From: Eledone cirrhosa | Taxonomy: Eukaryota | Direction: 5' to 3' | DNA length: 64,000 nucleotides | Assembly: GCA_964016885.1 (NCBI GenBank) | Contig: OZ024750.1 | Coordinates: forward strand, 11,842,001 to 11,906,000 | Position numbers and translations under genes: made by a program | Notes under the pieces: model-generated | Database searches by the model: none | Seen by the model: the letters and a program-made list of their open reading frames with translations, nothing else | What the model was told of the DNA's origin: nothing | Part shown: positions 24,701 through 37,772 of the stretch, one piece after another | Layout: every line of letters starts with the position of its first letter | Position numbering within the stretch: the first letter of the stretch is position 1

Positions 24701-27700
24701 AATAGAATTCCAAAGAATAAGTGATTAGTGAATGGCTGAGATTAATAAGGAATTGGTGTTAGGGTTCTGTATGGGGAAAATGAGTTCCACAGAATGAAGT
24801 TAGGAGTGAGGGTTTCTCAGAATGATGTTGGTAGTAAGGGCTTCTCAGAATGTAGTTAGTAAAGGCTTCTCAGAATGTAGTTAGTAGTAAGGGTTTCTCA
24901 GAATGTAGTTAGTAGTGAGGGTTTCTCAAAATGTAGTTAGTAGTGAGGGTTTCTCAAATTGTAGTTAGTAGTGAGGGTTTCTCAGAATGTAGTTAGTAGT
25001 GAAGGTTTCTCAGAATGATCTTAGGAGTGAGGGTTTCTAATTAAGGGAGAGTGGAGAGTTGTTTGTTGTTCAGGATCTTTGGTCAGCTTGATTAAGTAAG
25101 TTTATGTATGCTATGATGAAAACAGGTGGTTGAATTCTTAAAAGTACTCTATATATATATATATATCCAGCAACTGTCAGCCAGATGATATGTTATGCTT
25201 CAGTTAGTTGAGGTATTTATTATGTGAATATATTGATATGGGATGCTAAATGACAGGTGTGCTACTCTTGATATAAAAATTAGTAGCATAACCTCATAGG
25301 TGGGTTGGTCCTTGAACGAAGTCACCACCTGTGCTCATTGCTAAAGCATTTCATTGCTTTAAAGAGAAAGCTTGTTATAGGGGAGGCTTTGAGAAGTTGT
25401 TGTTATTTAGCCTAAACTTGGTCCTTATTGAACAAACTTATAATCAGAGGCAATTCAATCATCTATTTCCAAGACAAAGCAAAACAAATGACCACAGTAT
25501 ACAGTGTGCTATTTTTTCTAGGAGTGACTGGTATAATTTAAGAGATGTGTCTAGCAGTTCAAACAACCTTGTAGTGGCTCCCTCATTGATTTGTAAAGCT
25601 GGGAATGGTGACTTCAAGCATTGTAGTGAGGGCAAACATTGTAGTTGCAAGTTGTTCCACAAGAAAATCAAAAGAAATATTTTGTTTTATTGGTGTTGTT
25701 GTTAAAGATTTTTTTTATTGATAGAAAACACAGAAAAACAACTGGATATTTGATATGAACTGCTGGTGTTGGTGATGGTGTTGGTGTTGGTGGTGTTGGT
25801 GTCAGATTGATTTAATGTATGTGGAAGAATATAAATATGTTATTTATATAGGAGTGTATGGTATTTAGAATGAAGTGACAGATTGTCACAGATTGTCAAG
25901 GATTGTCACTGTTGTTGAATCAATAGTTGAAGTGAAGAGTCTTTTGATGTTTTAGAAGATACTGAAATTAATGGAGTCGGGAATTGAGGAGGTACCGCAG
26001 GGGAATATAATATGGCTTCAGATCTTGGTAGTTAATTTCTGATTTATTCAACGTTTATTGCTTTAGAAGTTTAAATTGTACCAATGTCACTAAAATACTA
26101 TTAATGTTGTAGGGACCTACTATCAATAGACAGGGTTGTGTTCTTGAGCAAAACACTTCATTTCACTTTGCTCCAATATACTCAGCTGAAAATGAGTACC
26201 AGCCATAGCTGGGAGTTTAACCCTGTGATGGACTGGTATCCTGTCCAGGGGAGAAGTTTTTTACTCTGTTGTTTCATGCCATGGAAACCAGGATAAGCGC
26301 CGGCCTGCTGAGCCTCCAAGCTTCAGACAGGCAGACTACTACTAACATAGTACAGATCTACTATCAACATAGTACGGGTCTACTGTCAACATAGTAGGGT
26401 TCTAAAATAAATACAAGTAATATATACTAGTACTAAAACTGATTCAATTGATTATGTTCTATAGAATTTAGTTCTCTACTTAGTAATAAAAAATCATTTA
26501 AATACTTCTGGGTGAGGTTTTTTTAATAATATTCCTTTACTGCTGTCTTAGTTATAACCTTCAAGTTACCAATATTAAAATATTCTAATGTCCTACATCT
26601 TTTTTTAAATATAGAGATTTCTTTTTGTGTAGAACAATAAGCACAATGTTAACACACACTGAGTTTTTAACACTATTTTTGTATTTTGTTTTAGTTATTT
26701 ATTTAATATCATTTATTTATTTATTTATTGTATGTAAATTTTTTTTTAAATGGAATCCAAGAGAAAAAAATTATTAGGAAGAAATAACCTTAGTTTTGGG
26801 GTTCATAACTGATAGAGCATATAGTAATTTAAAAGGGCACATTGTAATCTAAAAGGGCACATAGTAATTTAGTAATTTAAAAGGGCACATAGTAATCCAA
26901 AAGCTATTCAGATTTATTCTTTTTAGTCTACAAAACAATATATAAGAAATCCACTTTTTCTGTAGCTCCTGTTGCTCTCTAGATATGTGTCAACAGGGAG
27001 TACATCTGTTGGATTTAAAAAGGAATTTTGGTAATTGGATCTGCTATTAATGTTTAATGTGTCACAGCTCCCCCAGTCACATGTAGGTGAATCATTTGAA
27101 GTAATTATATGTTGAAGATATTTCAATTGAACAAGATACTGTAAGATGACATGAGAAGAAATTATAAGATGTGCTGAAGTAGTTAGAAATTAGTCTAAGT
27201 TGGCATGGTTTCATGCTTCAATGAGGGAAGATTATGTTTAATTCCTGGTTACAAGAGATCAACCAGCTGGTGACTCCTGAAGAGCAGATAAATAGCAATA
27301 AAAATCAATATATTTGTTAACCTCAAATTTCTCATCACTTAAGTTGAAAACTCAAATTTAATTTCTTTTTGTTTCATTATCACTTTGAGTATATTTCCTT
27401 TTTTGTAAAAGTATGGATGTATTCCTCATCCTCTCAGCCACCAGGACCACCTGGACCATGGCGTGGAGGGTGGGTTAGTTAGAGGTAGAGGGTACTAGTT
27501 CGGACGTCACACATTCCCCTTTCTTACCCCACTTTCACTCACTCAATCTCTCTCATAATTCTTTGGTTCTATCTTTTCTCACTATCATAGCTAACCCCTC
27601 ACAAGCTAACCATATTATGTCACCATCTAGTCCCCATTTTATTAAGTTAGTTGAAAAAATCTGAATTAATTGAGTTACCAAGTTTGGTTTCTGTGTCTTG

Positions 27701-30700
27701 GTCAATTTTACTTTACATTACTCTGGAACTGATTAACCAGTTGTCAGTTATAACCTGGCAAACTAACTAGTGGAAAGTTAGTATTCTATTTTGTAAGGGG
27801 TGGGGGCATTCTAACTAGTGAAAAGTTAGTATTCTATTTTGTAGGGTAGACATTGTGTTTAATACTCCGGACACTGTGGATATTGTATTTAATACTCTGG
27901 TCAGTGGGGGGTAAATTCCAACCTCTTATAAGTCAGTTTGGCTCAGAAAATATTTAGTTATTTTTCTTTTACCTTATTAATTTTCAATAAAGGTTTCGGT
28001 ATGTTAATTAAGATAACAGTTTTAGTTAGGACATAATTATTGTTCTATTTTGTGTGTTTAAGCTATATAGTTTATTGTGCTGGAATGCAGCATATGTAGT
28101 GAGATGAAGAGATTAAGGCTGAATGGGTTTACTAGTTGTGATATAAGGATAATTTGTACTAACCTAGAAACTAGGACTGGCAGAGAGATTGGCTCAACCG
28201 ACACTACATGATGAAAAATCATTACAAATATTTGCCAAATAGACAGCAGCATATAAAAATGAAAATTAATGATTAATATCATCATCATCATCAACATCAA
28301 CACCACCAAAACCACCATCACCAAAGCCACAACCATCACCACCACCACTAACATCAGAATCACCACCACCACCACCACCACCACCACCACCACCATCACC
28401 ATCAACACCACCATCACCATCAACACCACCACCATCATCACCACCACCACCATCATCACCATCATCACCATCAACAGCACCACCATCAACACCACCATCA
28501 CCACTACCACTACCATCATCACCACTACCACTACCATCATCACCACTACCACTACCATCATCACCACTACCATCATCATCACCACTACCACTACCATCAC
28601 CACTACCACTACCATCATCATCACCACCACTATCATCACCACCACCACCACCACCACCACCGCCTATTGTGAGTTATATATCTGTATAAGCTGTATTTCT
28701 AACTTTCCGTGAGGAGAGAAAACAAAAATCTATAGAACATATTGTTACTTTATTCTTTGATGTTTGATTTTACATTTGTTCAACATTGAGGTGTTATTAG
28801 TTAACATTGGTCAGAGTTCACTAAATTGACCTACAGCACACAAGATCGGTCAATTACAAGTTTGTTTTTTAATTAACACAAAACCTATAATCAAGAGGTC
28901 TCTAAATAAAGTTAGCAAAAGACTAAATATTTTAGTAAGTAAGAAAGAAGACAGAACTCTGCTGCCATCAGAGAAGTTGCCATATTTGACATGCAGAACA
29001 GATGTAGGTAGGAATTCCATACAATGTACCCAATGTTACCAATGGCTGCTCATGAGAGTTATTTCAATCACAGGTAGATAGACAGAGAAAAGATGTCATA
29101 TGCAGCAGATACATTGACAGTGGTTAGAAGAGTATCTAAGAAATAAATTCTTTCAAATGTTTGGAAAGCTCTATAGAAATAGTTGATAGCTTTTGTTACC
29201 TAGGTGTCCTAATTAGCAGTAGTGGTGGGTGCTCTAAAGGTATAGTAGCCAGATTAAGACTGGGGTGGATAGAGTGAGTGAGAAAGAGGTATAGAGGAAG
29301 AATCAACCCCAATAATTGACTGGTACTATTTTTATCAACCTTAAATGCATGAAAGGCAAAGTTGACTTCAGCGGAATTTGAGCTCCGAGAACAGAGAGTC
29401 GGAACAAATACTGCAAAGCATTCTATCCGACTTTCTAATGATTCTGCCAATTTGCTGCCTTAAGCTCTTTGTACTGTGATTCAACTTCCACCAAGGACCA
29501 CTTGGCTGTTCATATTCTCAGGGTTGACCAAGAACATGCAAGTTCAGTGCTAATCCAGCTCTCTCTATCTCATTCTAACTATCACATACTTGATGTTCTG
29601 CTGGATCAAAGAAAGAAGGAAGGTTTAAGAAGTTGTCTGTATTCTCGCAACTAAAACCCTTAGTGAAAATATGGTATATGCTACCAAGTTATACTTAGCT
29701 GCTAGTGATGGCAGCAGTAGTAACAGCAGCAGCAGCAGGAACAGTAAGAGAATCTACTGTAAAATATTTGCTCCAGCAGATTGCTAATGTGATGAAAGGA
29801 GAAATAAGAATAACTGTCCCTTTTAACAATGGCATGTTGTCAGATGACTTTTCAGGCAGATGTTGCATCCTGAAAACTGGGATTATTTTTTTTGTTAATA
29901 ATCCCAGTTGGTTTGAAGCTTAAATCAACTCTGACATGTTTGAACTTGAAACTGTGGCCTATTAAACTGTGACTAGTGTAGAATTACGATTTAAGTCTGC
30001 TTTTACAACCAGTCTTGTCAGGTTCCACAAAACAGTTCAATTAACGTTCTCACTCTTACCATCTTGTCAGTTTGTTGTCCTGGAGAAGGATTAAGGTTTG
30101 GAAAATATGGTTCCAGCACTTAAGAAAGTTGTTGCTGATATGTGAGGAATTTTCACTACTCCATTAGTATGTCAAGGAATTTCTCTGGAAATTATTGGTT
30201 TAAGTGAAGTTGTTGTTGTGTCAGTGACAGTAGAGAGTGTTAGTATGTGAGGAATATTGACTGCTCCAGTATGTCAAGGAATTTCTCTGGAAATTATCAT
30301 TGGTTTACATAATGATAGAACATTTTACCTCCATACTTGATGTTTTCTTAACCTATTTTCAGAATTTAATGATTATGTTTTCTAAAATAACATAGCTAAT
30401 GTTAATATAAAGAGAGGTATACTCATGCATAGAGATGCTATAAAATACGAGGGTCGCCTGAAAAATGCATAGGCTGACCAAGATACTCTCATGGAATGAC
30501 CAAATGAGGTTTATTTTCCAACATAGTTCCTGGAAAAAGAAACAAAACAATTATTAATAAGAAGAGTTGAAATTGATACATGCAAGATTTCACAGCTCTA
30601 GCATCACTCCTTCATAGTCAGCCTATGAACTTTGCAACCAACCCTTATTGTTTATTTTTATAAGATCCTTAAAAATAGAAAAAGAAACTGCCATTGTCTG

Positions 30701-33700
30701 GGGTCTTCACCCTATTTTATAAGCTATTTTAAAGCATCTCCATGCATGAGCGCACCACTCTTTATATTAACTTTATCCTCTCAGGACTTCGTAAAAGTCC
30801 AAAAGTCAGCTGCATATACACAATGTTTGTTAACATTGCTAACATTTGTATTTTTTCTGTTTATTTCTATCTCACAAATCTGTGGTGATTACTAAGTTGG
30901 GATGATTTTTTTGGTTTTTATTGAATCAACAATTCAATAAAAAACAATTGTTGTTTTAATTGAAATTAATTCAACTATTTGAGGAAATAATCTTTCTTAA
31001 TCTCTTTAAATTCTATCTGATGTGATGAAGATTTAGAGAGATTGGGAATATTTTTACTTGCTTTATATCTTCTTATTCACCGTTTAGAAGCTTAAAAATG
31101 TACTTTTATAAGCCTTACACATACATACACATACATACACAGTCATTTGTGTGTGGATGTGTGTGTTTGTATAAGATTTATCCCATATCCCTGTGTGTCG
31201 TAAAATAGCATCAGGAAGGGCATCCAACTGTAAAACATGCTACTCAATCCATGCCAGCATGGAAAAGTGGATGTAAGAATGACGACAATGACAATGATGA
31301 TGATGATGTGATGGTGGTGGTGACGATGGTCTGAATATAGTGTTAATACTTGTCATTACTGTAATGGTTTATATCTATCTTCTCATGTAGAAGAAAGCTG
31401 GGTCAGTTAAACTGTGTGTTTCCTGTGATTCCTACTTTACCATTTCCTATGTCGGTTCCAGATCCCTTTGGAGGTGGTGGTGGTGGTGGTGGTGGGGTGT
31501 GTCTTCTTTTTGACGTTTCCGGTCACTTCCCTCCAGTTCAATTACCATCAAGTGACATCTTGTTTCAAATGTAAAAGAAGAAAATTAACTGCTGCCTCTG
31601 TTTTGAACTCTTGTCTAATACACATCTATTTTTATTTATCTTTTAAAGTATGTATCGGGATTTGAACCTTTCTTAACATTTTCAATCTATAGTAAAGATA
31701 ATGAGTTGTTCGGGGGGGGGGGGAGAATTGATTTTTCTGATATCCCCCCCCCCCCCCAGATGCATGCATGCACACACATGCAACTGGCATTCCCAGAAGA
31801 GAGAATTTTAGGCCAATTCAATCATTGCATTCCATTGTGTAGCCTCTCAGCCTTCTGTTATACTGACAAGATCTTTATTGATTCATGCTTCAAATATTTT
31901 GGTATTAAGCTTGATTTTATCTAAAGTATTCCTTGCATTTGATCTTGGATTGATTGACAGGAATTAAAACAAAATGGTATATCTAATTAAAGGGTTCTTT
32001 TTTTGACTATTTTCTTTTCAAATTTTAACAAAATACGACGTTAATTATAACTCTAATTGGAGTAAATGTAATCAAATTTTATCCGGATATTATTATTATT
32101 ATCAATGTTTTAGTTTACATATTGAAATTTGATGTTTTTATTTGAATGTTTTTTCATAATAATTTATAATAGCTTATATGTCATACTTTTGTATTACTGG
32201 TATAAAGTTGTATAGAATTACCTGAACTATAGACTGCTACAGTGATCAATCCTCCCATAGTTCTAAAGCTAATTGTAATTAACGGTAATTAATTCTTCTA
32301 ACTTATCTTTGTTTTAATTATCATTTCATTTATTATTAACTCCTACCTTTTTTCCTTCTCTTACCTGCTCCCTTTCAAAATCCTTTATTGAAAAGTGGAG
32401 GAATGAGGTTTCTGTTGCTAAACTTAATTCTTGTTAAGTGGTAGTGCTGGTACCACAAAGAAAAGCACCCAGCCTACCCTGTCAAGTGGTAGTGCTGGTA
32501 CCACAAAGAAAGCACCCAGCCTACCCTGTCAAGTGGTAGGGCTGGTACCACAAAGAAAGCACCCAGCCTACCCTGTCAAGTGGTAGGGCTGGTACCACGA
32601 GAAAAGCACCCAGCCTACTCTGTCAAGTGGTAGGGCTGGTACCACGAGAAAAGCACCCAGCCTACCCTGTCAAGTGGTAGGGCTGATACCACGAGAAAAC
32701 ACCCAGCCTACCCTGTCAAGTGGTAGGGCTGATACCACGAGAAAAGCACCCAGCCTACCCTGTCAAGTGGTAGGGCTGGTACCACGAGAAAAGCACCCAG
32801 CCTACCCTGTCAAGTGGTAGGGCTGGTACCACGAGAAAAGCACCCAGCCTACCCTGTCAAGTGGTAGGGCTGGTACCACGAGAAAAGCACCCAGCCTACC
32901 CTGTCAGGTGGTAGTGCTGGTGCCACGAGAAAAGCACCCAGACCACCCTGATAAGTGGTAGTGCTGGTACCACAAAGAAAGCATCCTGCTCACCCTGTCA
33001 AGTGGTAGCGGTGATAATGGTGGTGCCATGAAAAAAATCAACCTGGTACGTGTTGTGAAGTGGTTGACATTATGAAGGGCATCCAGCTGTAGAAACTATG
33101 CTAAAATAACACATGAAAATAGATGTTAAATGATGATGATGATGATGATGATGATGTAAGGATTTAATTCCCACTCTGTTGAACTTTCTTTTCAATTAAC
33201 ATGGGTCATCTAGTGAACCCCATTTAACTCTTCTCTTATCATTGTGGATCATCTGAATATATTATGTTTCTATTCCATACATTATCACGTCTGACACACA
33301 CCTCTCATATAATCTGATTCTTGTATGTAAAGAGAAACCCCTTCTGTTGTAAATACAGATAACACTTTCTTCAACTACATATGTTTTTCTTGAACTTTAA
33401 CATACATCTATATTATACTCTGACTCTTGCTTTAGTTATGTTATTTAGGCTATAGAGTATATAGAATTTATCTTTTCTTTCAGCTGAGTATCTGAATAGC
33501 CAAAGGTCTTCAATCCATTTGCTTCTCATGCTATTACTTAAAAGAATTTCTTCTTCTTTTTTTGAAGATGTAACTCTGAACAGTACATGACTGTTTTAAG
33601 ATTTACATTAAAAATTAGTTAAACCATGTAGTGTGTTCTCAGGCTCATTGTACATCAACTATCATTGATTACTTCAACATACACTGATTGTACCTCAACT

Positions 33701-36700
33701 TACATAAATGTCTTTAGAAAAAAGAAAGCCTATTGCTGCTATTCTCAAAGGCCTGGCTATCACACACTCTATTCCCTTTTATAACTGATATTTTGAGGAT
33801 CTGTAAGAAATCAATATCCATTTCATATTTGCACTAAAGCTCTCTCTAGTTTTCATTATTTATCCTCATAAAAAAAAATTTGTACATAATTTTTAATTAT
33901 GAGAGCTTAAGATTTTAAGCTTTTAGCATACCTGTGTTTTTATACTTGCCTTAGAAGATCAAACATTTTATTTGAACCTGAGAAGAGCATTATAATGACG
34001 TCATCTGTATAGTGGGAGGAAAATACTTTAACAAGCTAATGAGCAATAAAACATTGGTTAAAATTATATCTGTATTGACTGAGCTCTGTATGTCTCAAGG
34101 TCAGGTTTTATTTGAAAATTCCACTTGACAGAAATTAAAGACTATTCTCTGAGTAAGTGACTCACCATTATCAAATTTCAATACTGAACTAAATTTTATT
34201 TTATAAACTCTCATTTGCTGATTCAATGCCTTGTTGTGTATCAAATAACCCTTTCATTACTGTATTTTTAATGAAAGGCTGTGTCTGTAATTTTCAAATC
34301 AGTTTGAGAATAATTAAGAATTTGAAGAGATTTAGTAAAATAACTAACTTCCTAATTATTAAGCTGGTGTTTGGAACATAACTTAACAAATGTTCAAACA
34401 TAAAATTATGGTGGGAGGTTTTTAGATAAATATAAACACTTTAAACTATACAACGTTGTATCATAGAACCAAAGGTAGTTTAGTGTTGAAAGGGTTGATA
34501 TTATATCAAAAGTACCTGTTGGTGAACACCTGTTTAGTATTAAGGGGGAGGGGGTTATTGTTAGTGTAATGCAGTCTTTGCCAGTGTGGCAGAACATTAG
34601 TGAACTGAGAGAAAAGTTGAATATATGAGGAATTAAATGTAATTTACGAGGGAGACAATGATTGTGCTGGCATGGGTATGTGATGCATAGGGAGAGTAAG
34701 AGGTGTATAAAAAATATGGAACCTGTAGAATAAGGAAACTAAAGAAGATATGGGATAAAGTTGTGAAAAATGACGGACTGAGAGCATAAGACTTCCCCCT
34801 GGACAGGACACAAGTCCATCACAGAGTTAAACACCCCAGCTACTACTGCTACTCATTTTCAGCTGAGTGTACTGTAGAAACCATGTCAAAAGGAGAGCAT
34901 ATGTAAGCTGCACCCAGTACACTCTGTAAAGGTGGTGGTATTAGGAAGGGTGTTACAGCTGTAGAAACCACGTCAGAAGGAGAGCATATGTAATCAAAAG
35001 GAAGGTGGTAACTGTGATTAGGTACAGGGTGGTTGGGGTCAGCAGCTTTAAGTACTGACTGCGTCTGTGACATGATGACCTGTCCAACTCCTGCCAGCAT
35101 GGAAAAACAGACATTAAATGATGATGGTGGTGGTTATGGTGATGATGGTAACAATGGTGGTGGTGATAATAGTGATGATGATGATGATGGTGGTGGTGAT
35201 AATAGTGATGATGGTGGTGGTGATAATGGTGATGATGAAGATGAATCAGTATATTTTATAAACCACGAACTAACACTTAACAGAACAACTCTGTGACTCT
35301 AGTAAAATGTTAGATTAATTCAAGTAATAGTTTTAATTATTGTCTTTCTTAAGTTGAAATCTTTTGTTAGTATTTACTTTAAACTCTTTTCTTTCCAACT
35401 CCTCCTCCTCTTTAGCTACCCCCCCCCCCCCTATTATCTTCAGATTGTTATTATCTCGTTACCAATCAACTAGTGCCACTTCCTTGCCTCATGTTAATTT
35501 ATTATTAACTACTTAAGTCACTTCATCATTTACGTTTTTTAATTGTGCTTTATATTTAATTTTGGGCTGAAAACTTTTGAAAACACTTGACTTTGTTTCT
35601 GATTTTCTAAAAATTCTCCCAAAGATAACCAACCGACTTTCATGGTTTTTTGTTTTTTCTATTGTTTTCAAAGCTTTTTTAAAAATCATTATTTGATAGC
35701 TTAGTTAGAAAAGGACAGGCAGAGCTTGTCATTGAAGGCCATATTCATTCAAAACATAAAAAAACAATAGGAAATATGAATTTCACCTCCAAAGTGAAAC
35801 TGGTGCATTAGTCACCTCCAAAGTGAAACTGGTGCAATAGTCACCACCAAAGTGAAACGAGTGTAGTGGTAAGAAACTCCCAGGAGAGTTTGACAGCTGA
35901 AAGGTCTTCAGAGAAGAAATCCCTATCATGCAAGTGTTTCAGCCCTTAACTTGGAAGAATTTTGAAGTTGGTGAAAATCAACAAAATATTGACCTCAAAT
36001 AAAAGCTGCTTTTTTTTTTTTTTTTTGTCCCATATTTCTCAACTTATTCATGAGTATACACGGTACTTATATACGAGTATATTCACGCTACTTATATAAA
36101 AATATACATGGTGATTATATACAAGTATATACGGTACTTATATACAAGTATATATGGTAATTGTTATTAGTAACACATTTTACATTCTCTATATATTGAC
36201 ATTCTAAACAGAAGTGATATTTTAATAAGATAATTCTTTCATTTCAGAGGGAATACATTTTGGCTCCATCTTGACAAGAAAGTATTGGATCATGATTTTT
36301 CACGTCGATCTCTCTTACTTTTGTATTTAGGAATTAAGTAAGTACTTTTATTCTATTTCTCACTTTCTAGCCTGTTTTTATCTTTTTTTCATTTTTTTTG
36401 AAACTATCACTAAACAAATTCTCCAAAATAAACCAGAAATTATGATCAGTCCTAAGGAAGGGCATGATAATGATGATGGTAGTGGTGATGATGGTGATGG
36501 TGATAATAATGATGGTGATGATGATGATTTTGTTTTAGTCACTGAGGGTAGTAATTCATAGAAACAATTACAGGAAAAGTTAACAAAGAGTAGGAGTTAC
36601 AAGAAAATGTGGTGGTGATGGTGGGTGTGTGTGTGTGGGGGGGATAGAACAAAGTTATAGAAAAATGGGAGGGATGGGTCAGGATTATTATAGAATTATA

Positions 36701-37576
36701 ATAATAAGGGTTTTCCATTTAGGCACATGGGGAGGGAGGTGGAGAGTCGATTATATCAACCTCCAGTGCATTACTGGTACCATATTTTGTTGACCCTGGA
36801 ACAATGAAAGACAGTAATGATGGTTTCTGATTTAGGCACAAGACCAGCAATGTTAGAGTAGGAGAAAATTGATTAATTCGACCGAGTGCATTACTGGTAC
36901 TTCATTTTATTGACCTCGTAAAGATGAAAGGCAAAGTTAACCTCAGTGGGATTTAAACTGAGAACATAAAGAGCCATAACTATATGCTACAAAACATGCT
37001 GTCCAACGCTCTACCAATCCTAGTGCTATCTACGACTATAATACTAATAATGATTTAACCAAAGGAATGAGATTTTAAAACTAAGTAAATGCTTTATTAC
37101 TGAAAATGATATATTTTATTCAATTTTATAAGGAATATATAAATGTATGAAATTGAGAAAGGAATGTAATACAGGATGAAATAAAAGTATAAATAAAATG
37201 GAATTAATTGACAGATTTCCTCTGTTCATTGTATAATAACTAGCGGATTACATCTCAATGTATTATTTCAAATACTTGTTTCAAAATATTTCTGAAAAAT
37301 TGTATAGGAAGCCATTTAGAATTGATCCTTTTGTCACTGGACCCATATTCAGTGAGTCAGAATTGAAAAGGAAACGGAATTATAGAGAAACAAAAAAAAT
37401 GAAAAAAATATTAAGGGATTTATTTTTTGTTTTGTTTTTATGTTGTTGTTGTTGTTGTTTATTCAGTAGTATTATAATGTAAAGAACAGGATTATTGTCA
37501 GAAGGCCCCAGGCGAGAAATAAAATTGAATTCAAGAATTGTCATTTTAAATTATGAGAAATGGGATATATATATAG

Positions 37577-37642
<66 letters not shown>

Positions 37643-37741
37643 GCACATATACATATATATATACACACATACATATATATATAGATACACACACATATAT
37701 TTATATATATACACATACACACACATATATATGCACACATA

Positions 37742-37772
<31 letters not shown>

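Noticed and set aside
28058-28712. Poly-Val/Met and poly-Thr/Ile ORFs (mucin-like)
   Set aside because: Simple (CAC/CAT)n microsatellite.
32436-33008. CRISPR-like array (palindromic ~47-bp repeats); also considered 6484-7661, 13284-13836 and 38961-39698
   Set aside because: Units are contiguous with no unique spacers, there are no cas genes, and the context is a eukaryotic intron.
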